DNA of 61,396 nt, the filler included. It is 7 parts of 7 records of this genome, joined end to end, with 100 filler letters (N's around TTAATTAATTAA, not from the genome) between each part and the next. Parts side by side here need not be neighbours in the genome. Positions count along the whole stretch, not along the records: positions 19,644 to 24,961 come from SRR31156797_18568; positions 25,062 to 36,006 come from SRR31156797_18582; 5 more parts are not named here. The stretch is one strand, 5' to 3'. Made by a program: the position numbers and the translations under genes. The notes below the pieces were generated by a model that saw only the letters and a program-made list of their open reading frames with translations, ran no database searches and was not told the DNA's origin. Shown here piece after piece: positions 19,644 through 34,375 of this stretch. Every line of letters begins with the position of its first letter. Positions within the stretch are counted from its first letter, which is position 1.

Positions 19644-20139
19644 AAGAGCTGGATTAAATGAGATTAATCTTCCTGCAATGCAACCAGGTTCATCAATTAT
19701 GCCAGGTAAAGTAAATCCTGTTATCCCTGAAGTAGTAAATCAAGTTGCATTCCAAGTAATTGGTACAGATGTAACTATTACAATGGCAAGTGAAGGTGGA
19801 CAATTACAACTAAATGTATTTGAACCAGTTATTGCTTATAACTTATTCAACTCAATTAATATGATGAAAAATGCATTTGAAACATTAGCTGAAAAATGTA
19901 TTGATGGAATCACTGCAAATGAAGAGCATTGCAAAAATCTAGTTGTAAACTCAATTGGATTAGTAACAGCTTTAAATCCACATATTGGATATGAAAACTC
20001 AACTTCAGTTGCAAAAGAAGCATTAGAAAGTGGTCAATCTGTTTATGACATTGTTCTTAAAAGAGGACTTTTAACAGAAGAAGAATTAGAAGATATTATC
20101 AGACCAGAAAATATGATTAAACCAAGATTAATCAAATAA
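19644..20139 (+). CDS. aspA: Aspartate ammonia-lyase, C-terminal part
   Basis: [15 protein letters not shown] signature, [10 protein letters not shown]; dcu/ans context favours aspA over fumC. Confidence 0.9.
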
Positions 20140-20174
20140 CTCTCAATAAAACAAAATAAAAGGAGGAGAAGAAG

Positions 20175-22539
<2,365 letters not shown>

Positions 22540-22568
22540 AAAAAGAGAGAATTTAATTCTCTCTTTTT
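22540..22568 (+). terminator. Intrinsic terminator
   Basis: AAAAAGAGAGAAT-TTA-ATTCTCTCTTTTT immediately after ansB. Confidence 0.75.
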
Positions 22569-22611
22569 GTTATTTAAGATAAAATACGGCTCTTTTATTA
22601 AAGGCTTAAAA

Positions 22612-24825
22612 ATGAAAAAAAATATTCTTTTTGTTCTACTTTTACTTTCTATATCAAACACTTTTCTTTTTGCATTAAGCAGTAAAAATGTACTTATAAT
22701 AAATTCATACCATAGAGGTTTTCAATGGAGTGATGAAGTTATAACAGGAATTGAAGAAATTTTGTATGATACAAAAGTAAATGTAAATGTTCTATATATG
22801 GACTCAAAAAGAATAGCATCAGCAAAATACTATAAAGAGCTAAAAGAATTATATCAATTACAGTTACAAAAAGCGAAATATGATTTAGTAGTAGCTGTTG
22901 ATAAATTTGCTTATGAATTTTCACTTCAAAACTACAAAGACTTATTTGATAATGAGCCACTTTACTTTATAGGAATTGAGCAATTTTCTGTTAATGAAGT
23001 TCAAAAATATGATTTAGAAAAAAAAGTCTCAGGAATACTTGAAAGAAGAGCTATAGAAGAAACTGTTCATATTATCCGAAAAGTTATGCCCAAACTAAAA
23101 AAACTTTACATCATAAATGATGCAAGTAAAAATGGAAATGACAGTGATCCTTTTATTCAAAAAGTTATTCAAGAAAAAAACTCAAAAATTAAAATTGAAT
23201 ACATAAGAGAATCAACACTAGATGAATTAGAGAAAAAGTTTTCTAAATTTGAAAAAGATGAAGCAATATTTTTTATAAGATTTTACAACGATAAATACGG
23301 TAACTTATACAAAAATAGTGAAATTGCAAACTTCATTAATAATGCAAACATTCCTGTTTTTACAACTGATACACTTTTTATAAAAAAAGGTTCTGTTGGT
23401 GGAAAACTTGTAGATATAAATCACTTAGGTTTAAGTGCAGGAAGAGATATAATCTCTATTTTAAATAAAAATATAACTCTACCTTTTGTGAAAACAGAAA
23501 AAAAATATGAGTATATTTTTGATTATCAAAAAGCAAAAAAATTTGATCTAAACTTTAAAGTTTTAGATAAAAAGTTTACCTATGTAAATACACCAAAATC
23601 ATTTTTTGATAGATATAGAAAATTTATCGATATTGTTTTTATTATTTCTCCTTTTTTAGTCTTGCTAATCTTTGGACTTATTCACAACTTAATTCTTAGA
23701 ATACAAAGTTCAAAAATGCTACAACAAAGAGTTGCCCTTGACAAAATCCTTTTAAACGCAATAGAAACTCCAATTGTATGGCAAGACAACAAAGGAAGAA
23801 TAGTAGCTTCAAATACAAAGTTTGATGAGTTTATGAATTTCAAAACAAACAAAAATGAAAAGATTGAAGAGCTTATTAAAGCATCAACAGAAATATCTTT
23901 AAAAGAGATATTAGCACCCCAAATCAATAAAAAACTTGGTGAAAATCAACTTATTATAAATGATGATAAAAATTGTGAAAAAATCTATTTTTTTAGTCAA
24001 ACTTGTTACCTTGAAGATATATTTAAAACAAGTGGTACTGTTACAGTTTTGATGGATATAACAAAAGAAAAAGCTGCAATTAAAGAAAAAGCAAAACACC
24101 AAGAGTTTATTATCCAACAAAGTAAACTGGCTGAAATAGGTGAGATATTTTCATCTATTGCACATCAATGGAAATCTCCTTTAGTAGAGATTGCTACTAT
24201 TGCCCAAGAGCAACTCTACAATAAAGAAGGGGAAATTGATGAAGAAAATAGTGAATATGTAAATGATATTATGGTTCAAGTACGATATATGACTGAAACA
24301 ATTAACAATTTTCAAAAGTTTATTATGCCCTCAACTAAAAAATTGGTTTTTGATATCAGTGAATCTGTAAATGAGATGCTTGAGATAATAAGACATAATA
24401 TGAAATACAACTATATAAATGTAGATGTAAATGTTGAACCTGGTACCAACTTAATGATTTTAGGATACAAAAATGAGTTGATGCAAACATTATTAAATAT
24501 CGTAAACAACGCAAAAGACTCAATCATAAAAAGAAAAGCAAAAGAGAACATCTCAAAAGGCAAAATAGATATTTCAATTAAAAATATTGGAAAACTAATC
24601 CAAATAGAAATAAAAGACAACGGAGAAGGGATTCCACAAGAAAACCTAAATTTGATATTTGAACCATACTTTACAACTAAAACAAATGGTCATGGAATTG
24701 GACTTTATATGGCAAAATTGATTATTGAAGACAAAATTGGTGGAAGAATAAAAGCAGAAAATATAGAAATTGGTGCAAATTTTATTATAGAACTGGAGAC
24801 ATGTAATGAAAATATTAGTACTTGA
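22612..24825 (+). CDS. Sensor histidine kinase with periplasmic ABC-substrate-binding-like domain and PAS-like region
   Basis: VLIINSYHRGFQWS, YMDSKR, one TM, IAHQWKSPL H-box, NIVNNAKD, DNGEGI, GHGIGL. Confidence 0.88.
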   Translation: MKKNILFVLLLLSISNTFLFALSSKNVLIINSYHRGFQWSDEVITGIEEILYDTKVNVNVLYMDSKRIASAKYYKELKELYQLQLQKAKYDLVVAVDKFAYEFSLQNYKDLFDNEPLYFIGIEQFSVNEVQKYDLEKKVSGILERRAIEETVHIIRKVMPKLKKLYIINDASKNGNDSDPFIQKVIQEKNSKIKIEYIRESTLDELEKKFSKFEKDEAIFFIRFYNDKYGNLYKNSEIANFINNANIPVFTTDTLFIKKGSVGGKLVDINHLGLSAGRDIISILNKNITLPFVKTEKKYEYIFDYQKAKKFDLNFKVLDKKFTYVNTPKSFFDRYRKFIDIVFIISPFLVLLIFGLIHNLILRIQSSKMLQQRVALDKILLNAIETPIVWQDNKGRIVASNTKFDEFMNFKTNKNEKIEELIKASTEISLKEILAPQINKKLGENQLIINDDKNCEKIYFFSQTCYLEDIFKTSGTVTVLMDITKEKAAIKEKAKHQEFIIQQSKLAEIGEIFSSIAHQWKSPLVEIATIAQEQLYNKEGEIDEENSEYVNDIMVQVRYMTETINNFQKFIMPSTKKLVFDISESVNEMLEIIRHNMKYNYINVDVNVEPGTNLMILGYKNELMQTLLNIVNNAKDSIIKRKAKENISKGKIDISIKNIGKLIQIEIKDNGEGIPQENLNLIFEPYFTTKTNGHGIGLYMAKLIIEDKIGGRIKAENIEIGANFIIELETCNENIST

Positions 24826-24961
24826 AGATAATGAAAGATTATGTAAACTAATCGAAAATGCACTTACTAAAAGTGGTTATATTGTAGATATAGTATTTGA
24901 TGGAGAAGAAGCATTAGACAAAATTTCAAACGGTTATGCCTGTTTTATTTTGGATATTAAT
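24806..24961 (+). CDS. Response regulator receiver domain, N-terminal part
   Basis: MKILVLEDN...DGEEAL...ILDIN; overlaps the kinase end; truncated. Confidence 0.88.
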
Positions 24962-25061
24962 NNNNNNNNNNNNNNNNNNNNNNNNNNNNNNNNNNNNNNN
25001 NNNNNTTAATTAATTAANNNNNNNNNNNNNNNNNNNNNNNNNNNNNNNNNNNNNNNNNNNN
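24962..25061. other. Artificial contig linker
   Basis: 44 N + TTAATTAATTAA + 44 N; abrupt GC change across it. Confidence 0.97.
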
Positions 25062-25115
25062 GCCTACCGGGAGACCTACGGGGCGGATTAAGCCCCCCCG
25101 AATCAAAGGATTCAC

Positions 25116-25172
25116 AGCCTGCCGGCGCTTGAGCCGCCGGCAGGCTTCCCTGTTTTCGATTTTTCTTTTTTT
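25116..25172 (+). terminator. GC-rich hairpin, probable terminator of an upstream gene
   Basis: AGCCTGCCGGCG-N7-CGCCGGCAGGCT (12-bp stem, 25116-25146) followed by T-rich sequence. Confidence 0.6.
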
Positions 25173-25326
25173 CACCAGCCTATTACAGATAGTGACGAAT
25201 TAAAAACCAGGCCCCTTCCCTGGGGGCAAAGCCCTATGAGGCCCACAGCAATCCGGCTCAGCCGGCCTGCCTTAATTTAATTATAAAATCACTTTATTTT
25301 TCTTCGCAATTTAAGGGTTTCCCCGA

Positions 25327-25355
25327 TTGCAACACCTTTCTCCATGTAATATAAG
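25327..25355 (+). promoter_or_regulatory. Sigma70-type promoter of the WYL gene
   Basis: TTGCAA-N17-TATAAG, with AAGGAG RBS before ATG 25385. Confidence 0.55.
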
Positions 25356-25384
25356 TTAGGGGGAATAACCTAAGGAGAGCGCCA

Positions 25385-26383
25385 ATGAGAGGAAAAAACC
25401 TGGTTCAATTCATCCACACCCTGACCCTTTTATCGAAATCCCAGGGCGCGACAAAGAAAGAAATGGCATCAGAGTTGGATATCTCCGTCCGCTCGGTTTC
25501 CAGAAGCATTCAGACCATTGAAAAAATAGGCATCCCTATCTATGACGAATTGCTCCCTTTTGAAAGGGAAAAGCGTTGGCACATCGAGCCGACCTATCTA
25601 GTCCGCATGCCCAATTTAGACCTGCCAAAAATCAGTTTAACCATGCCTGAAATCATCTCCCTGTGCATGCTTGCGGGAGAATCCGCCATATTCAGGAAAA
25701 CCAAAATCCAGTCCCATATTACCAATGCCCTTGCAAAACTCATGCATTTCATTCCCGAAAAAACCCAGGAAGAGCTTGCCGGCCTGAAACGAATTTTTGT
25801 TTCAAAAACAGTTGGTTCCAAACGGTATTCCGAAAAGGAAAATATCATTGGTACGCTCACGGAATCCATACTCAACCAAACCGCCTGCCAAATCAACTAC
25901 CATGCCTTTTACAAAGACGAACTGGAAAATGTTAAAATCGGTCCCCTCCATTTTTATGAAAATTCCGGGGGCCTATATCTCTTTGCCCTGAAAATAAAAA
26001 CCCGGAAAATCAGAACCTATGCAGTAGAGCGCATCCAAGATATCCGCCCTCTCAAACAAAATGTGGACTACCCTTGTGATTTCAATCCCGAGCAGATGCT
26101 GGACTCAGCTTTCAACCTCACCCACGGAGACCCCATAAAGGTAAAAATCTGCTTTTCCAAAACCGAAGCCAAATACATCAAAGAAAAAACCTGGGCCGCC
26201 GACCAGCAGATCCAGGAACACCCGGACGGCACCCTGACCCTGTCCATGACCACCTCCGGCCGCAGGGATATAAAACGCTGGATTATGTCTTTTGGTAAGG
26301 AGGCACGGCTGCTGGAACCTGAGGATTTGAGATTGGAGATCAAAAATGAATTAAAAGAAATTCTATCCCTTCAAAAAATTTGA
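25385..26383 (+). CDS. HTH-WYL-WCX transcriptional regulator (YafY/PafBC/DriD-like)
   Basis: wHTH (EMASELDISVRSVSRSI..GIPI), WYL domain (INYH..GPLHF..GLYLFA..RTYAVERI), WCX (RWIMSFGKEARLLEPEDLR). Confidence 0.9.
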   Translation: MRGKNLVQFIHTLTLLSKSQGATKKEMASELDISVRSVSRSIQTIEKIGIPIYDELLPFEREKRWHIEPTYLVRMPNLDLPKISLTMPEIISLCMLAGESAIFRKTKIQSHITNALAKLMHFIPEKTQEELAGLKRIFVSKTVGSKRYSEKENIIGTLTESILNQTACQINYHAFYKDELENVKIGPLHFYENSGGLYLFALKIKTRKIRTYAVERIQDIRPLKQNVDYPCDFNPEQMLDSAFNLTHGDPIKVKICFSKTEAKYIKEKTWAADQQIQEHPDGTLTLSMTTSGRRDIKRWIMSFGKEARLLEPEDLRLEIKNELKEILSLQKI

Positions 26384-26387
26384 ATAA

Positions 26388-26421
26388 TAGGACCGTTTTT
26401 GTCCCGGATGAGAGATAAATA
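26388..26421 (+). promoter_or_regulatory. Candidate WYL-regulator binding site / cas3 promoter
   Basis: TAGGAC-CGTTTTT-GTCCCG: GGAC-N7-GTCC inverted repeat at 26390-26404 in the 64-bp WYL-cas3 gap. Confidence 0.55.
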
Positions 26422-26447
26422 AAAAAGGACTAAATGGAGAATTTCAT

Positions 26448-30995
<4,548 letters not shown>

Positions 30996-30996
<1 letters not shown>

Positions 30997-32030
30997 TGAG
31001 TGACACCATTAAAAACAGATATGAATTTGCCCTGCTCTATGATGTAAGAAATGGAAATCCCAACGGGGACCCTGATGCAGGAAATCTCCCTAGAATTGAC
31101 CCTGAAACAGGTAACGGGATAGTCACGGATGTCTGTATAAAAAGGAAAATACGAAATTATATTGATTTGCTTAAAAACAATGAAGCGCCTTATGAAATCC
31201 ATGTTAGAGAAGGCTCTTTTCTTTCTGAAAATCATAAACGCGCCCATTTGGCAATCGGTAAAGAAAAACTGCACATCCATGTTCCCAATGATTTACAAGG
31301 GGAATTAAAAGAGTACACAGAATACCCAGATGGTGTAGGGTTTGAGAATAAAGGGATCTTTTTGTCCCTTGATTGCGATTTAAAAAAAATCGAAAAAAAG
31401 GTCAAAAAATTAAAAGGACTTTCGGATGCAGCAACAGCAAAATTAAAGGAGCTGTTTATTGACGCCAAAGATGTCTTAGCAAAAAAATGGATGTGCAAAA
31501 ATTTTTATGATGTCAGAACATTTGGTTCTGTTATGTCAACGGGAGACAAAAAATGTGGTCAAGTAAGAGGGCCGGTTCAATTGAGTTTTGGAACGAGCAT
31601 CGATCCAATTTTGGGCTTGGATATTTCAATGTTCCGAACGGCGGCGGTAAATGTAGACAAACCAGAAGATAAGGGTTTGGGAGCTCGAAAATCCATTGTT
31701 CCATATGGGTTATACAGAACCCATGGATTCATTTCAGCCCCCCTGGCAAAACAGACGGGTTTTTCCGAGGGGGACTTGGAGTTGTTCTGGGATGCTCTGT
31801 TGAATATGTTTGACCATGATCGGTCGGCCACCCGAGGAGAGATGGCCACCAGAAAATTGATAATTTTTAAGCACAATTCAAAAATGGGCAATGCGCCAGC
31901 GCAGAACCTATTTGATTTAATCAAAATTGAGCGGGTTGGTGATAAAGCAGATCCGCCCCGTTCATTTGCCGATTATCAGGTGAGTGTTGAGAAAGGGCCT
32001 GAAAATGTTGAAATAATTGAAAAATTATAA
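30996..32030 (+). CDS. cas7c: Type I-C Cas7/Csd2 with an internal insertion
   Basis: NGNPNGDPDAGNLPRID, TDVCIKRKIRNY, FYDVRTFG, GQVRGPVQ, MFDHDRSATRGEM. Confidence 0.95.
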
Positions 32031-32102
32031 AAAAAAGATACGGACTATATATATAACAATCAACTCAGATGGACAGCTATCTAAAAAAATCAGGAATTAT
32101 AT

Positions 32103-32738
32103 ATGACAGATAGTTTGGACCTTCTCCCCCTGTCCGCCCTTCAGCATTATCTTTTCTGCAAAAGGCAGTGCGCCCTGATCCATGTGGAGCGGCAATGGTT
32201 TGAAAACAAATTCACGGCCGAAGGCAGAGTCATGCACGAACGGGTGGACAAGGGAGGAGACCGGGACAGGGGAAGGATCAGAACCGAGTACGCCCTTCAC
32301 CTTGTCTGCCGGGAACTGGGCCTGGTGGGCCAGGCTGATGTGGTGGAATTCCACCTTACAGATAAAGAAAACAGGATCTGGATCCCCTACCCCGTGGAAT
32401 ATAAACGGGGCAGGCCCAAAAAGAACAACCTAGACAAGGTACAGCTCTGCGCCCAGGCATTATGCCTTGAAGAAATGCATGACACCCGGATTGAGGACGG
32501 CGCCCTGTTTTACGGTAAAACCCGCAGACGGCTAAAAGTTCCCTTTACATCGGATCTTCGGAAGGAAACCATTGATACGGCCAGGCAACTCCAAGCCATG
32601 ATCCGGAACAGAATCACACCGGAACCGGTCTACCATGATAAATGTAGAAACTGCTCGTTTATAGACTTTTGTATGCCCCGTGTCTGTAAAGGAAAATCAG
32701 TCAAAGCATATCTGAAAAAAATGACGGAATCCAAATGA
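32103..32738 (+). CDS. cas4: CRISPR-associated Cas4
   Basis: SALQHYLFCKRQCAL, GQADVVEF, PVEYKRG, QLCAQALCLEEM, C-terminal CRNCS...C Fe-S ligands. Confidence 0.95.
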   Translation: MTDSLDLLPLSALQHYLFCKRQCALIHVERQWFENKFTAEGRVMHERVDKGGDRDRGRIRTEYALHLVCRELGLVGQADVVEFHLTDKENRIWIPYPVEYKRGRPKKNNLDKVQLCAQALCLEEMHDTRIEDGALFYGKTRRRLKVPFTSDLRKETIDTARQLQAMIRNRITPEPVYHDKCRNCSFIDFCMPRVCKGKSVKAYLKKMTESK

Positions 32739-33769
32739 AAAAGCTTTTAAACACATTGTTTGTCACCACCCAGGGCAGCTACCTGTCCAAGGAAGGGGAA
32801 ACCGTTGCCGTAAAAGTGGAAAAGGAAATTAAACTGCGCATCCCCATACACACCCTGTCGGGCATTGTCTGTTTTGGAAATGTTTCCATGAGCCCTTTCT
32901 TAATGGGGTTCTGCGCGGAAAAAAATGTGGCGGTGAGCTTTATGACACAGTACGGAAGATTCCTGGCCCGGATCAAAGGGCCGGTTTCCGGCAATGTTTT
33001 AGTCCGCCGGGAGCAATACCGACGGGCAGATAATGAAGAGATATCATCACAGATTGCCGCAGCCGTCATCTCTGCAAAAATAGCCAACTCCCGCCGGGTA
33101 CTTCAGCGATTCTTACGGGACCATAAAGACAAAACAGCAGGCGGCGGCCAAATAAAACAGGTGGTCAACCGCATGAAGCGCTCCATCAAAGAGGCATCAT
33201 CTTCCCTCAGTCTGAATCGCCTTCGGGGAATAGAGGGTGATGCTGCGGCTAATTATTTCAGCGCATTCGACCATTTAATCACAGCACAGAAAAATGAATT
33301 TTCATTCACGGGCAGAAACAGGCGGCCTCCTCTGGATAAGGTCAACTGCCTGCTCTCATTCTTATATACCCTGCTCATGCACGATATCAGATCAGCCCTT
33401 GAATGCGTCGGCCTTGATCCCGCAGTCGGCTATCTCCACAGGGACCGTCCCGGCCGCCCCGGGCTGGCCCTTGATATGATGGAAGAATTCAGACCCATCA
33501 TAGCCGACCGCCTGACCCTGACCTTAATCAACCTTTGCCAAGTCACTAAAATTGATTTTTTCAAAAAAAATTCAACTGCCGTCTACATGACGGATGAAGG
33601 CCGGAAAAAAATTTTGGTTGCCTATCAGAAAAGGAAACAGGATGAAATTTACCATCCTTTTATCGAAGAAAAAGTCATGATAGGACAATTGTTTTATATT
33701 CAGGCCCTTTTAATGAACCGATATATGCGAAATGATCTGGATGGCTATCCGCCCTTTTTCTGGAGGTAA
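32735..33769 (+). CDS. cas1: Type I-C Cas1 integrase
   Basis: MKKLLNTLFVTTQG, LRGIEGDAA, RNRRPPLD, GLDPAVGYLHRDRPGR, LALDMMEEFR, YPPFFWR. Confidence 0.96.
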   Translation: MKKLLNTLFVTTQGSYLSKEGETVAVKVEKEIKLRIPIHTLSGIVCFGNVSMSPFLMGFCAEKNVAVSFMTQYGRFLARIKGPVSGNVLVRREQYRRADNEEISSQIAAAVISAKIANSRRVLQRFLRDHKDKTAGGGQIKQVVNRMKRSIKEASSSLSLNRLRGIEGDAAANYFSAFDHLITAQKNEFSFTGRNRRPPLDKVNCLLSFLYTLLMHDIRSALECVGLDPAVGYLHRDRPGRPGLALDMMEEFRPIIADRLTLTLINLCQVTKIDFFKKNSTAVYMTDEGRKKILVAYQKRKQDEIYHPFIEEKVMIGQLFYIQALLMNRYMRNDLDGYPPFFWR

Positions 33770-33775
33770 ATCAAA

Positions 33776-34063
33776 ATGATGGTACTTGTCAGTTACGATG
33801 TTTCAATAAATGAAAACGGACAGAAACGACTGCGAAGAGTGGCCAAAGCCTGTAAAGATTATGGGCAGAGAGTTCAGTTCTCCGTATTTGAATGCAATGT
33901 GGATCCTGCCCAATGGACAATACTTAAACAGAGGTTGACCGATGAAATTAATTCTGACACTGACAGCCTCCGATTTTATTTCCTCGGCTCAAATTGGAAA
34001 AAAAGAATTGAGCATATCGGGGCAAAAAAGGCCATTGACATGGAGGGACCTTTAATCGTTTAA
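33776..34063 (+). CDS. cas2: CRISPR-associated Cas2
   Basis: VLVSYDV, RLRRVAKAC..YGQRVQFSVFEC, DSLRFYFLG. Confidence 0.95.
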   Translation: MMVLVSYDVSINENGQKRLRRVAKACKDYGQRVQFSVFECNVDPAQWTILKQRLTDEINSDTDSLRFYFLGSNWKKRIEHIGAKKAIDMEGPLIV

Positions 34064-34294
34064 AACTTGCGCGGACCTGAAGCCCGCTTAAAAAATATTA
34101 GCGCCGAAAGCCCTATCAACACTCTTTTTGATCTAAAAAGAGCCTTTCAGATTCGCGACGCCCTTAACCGACTAAAAATATATAAGATTCGACCTTGTTC
34201 TTTGATAATTTGTACTCAGTTCTGCAACAAATCATATAGATTCGCATTTTGATCTTTCAAACGATTGTGATATCAAGATGTTGTATGTATGACA
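34064..34294 (+). promoter_or_regulatory. CRISPR leader with IHF consensus site
   Basis: 231-bp AT-rich non-coding stretch between cas2 and the repeat. TATCAAGATGTTG (34271-34283) fits WATCAANNNNTTR; AGATTCG occurs at 34149, 34185 and 34238. Confidence 0.75.
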
Positions 34295-34375
34295 GTCACT
34301 CCCCACGCGGGAGTGTGGATTGAAACCGGTTAAAAACTATCGTATTCTTCGTTAAGAATTAATCACTCCCCCCGC
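34295..34375 (+). CRISPR. Minimal type I-C CRISPR array: one full repeat, one 35-bp spacer, one truncated repeat
   Basis: Repeat GTCACTCCCCACGCGGGAGTGTGGATTGAAAC (34295-34326; 32 bp, hairpin, ends ATTGAAAC). Spacer CGGTTAAAAACTATCGTATTCTTCGTTAAGAATTA (34327-34361). Then ATCACTCCCCCCGC (34362-34375), a 12/14 match to the repeat 5' end. Confidence 0.85.

Noticed and set aside
25253-25265. CCGGCT-C-AGCCGG palindrome upstream of the WYL promoter
   Set aside because: Short, in GC-rich sequence with several chance hairpins, and unrelated to the motif before cas3.
25282-25316. Possible self-target of the CRISPR spacer in the WYL promoter region
   Set aside because: Only about 16/35 ungapped matches, centred on TTCTTCG; no seed match and no TTC PAM.
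24806-26383. Two-component system regulating the CRISPR locus
   Set aside because: The two lie on different contigs separated by a linker and differ strongly in GC.
32031-32102. Hidden repeat, small RNA or toxin gene (CreTA-like) between cas7 and cas4
   Set aside because: 72 bp, no similarity to the repeat and only a weak hairpin.
34067-34252. 61-aa ORF after cas2
   Set aside because: TTG start with no RBS, lies in the CRISPR leader and has no recognisable motif.
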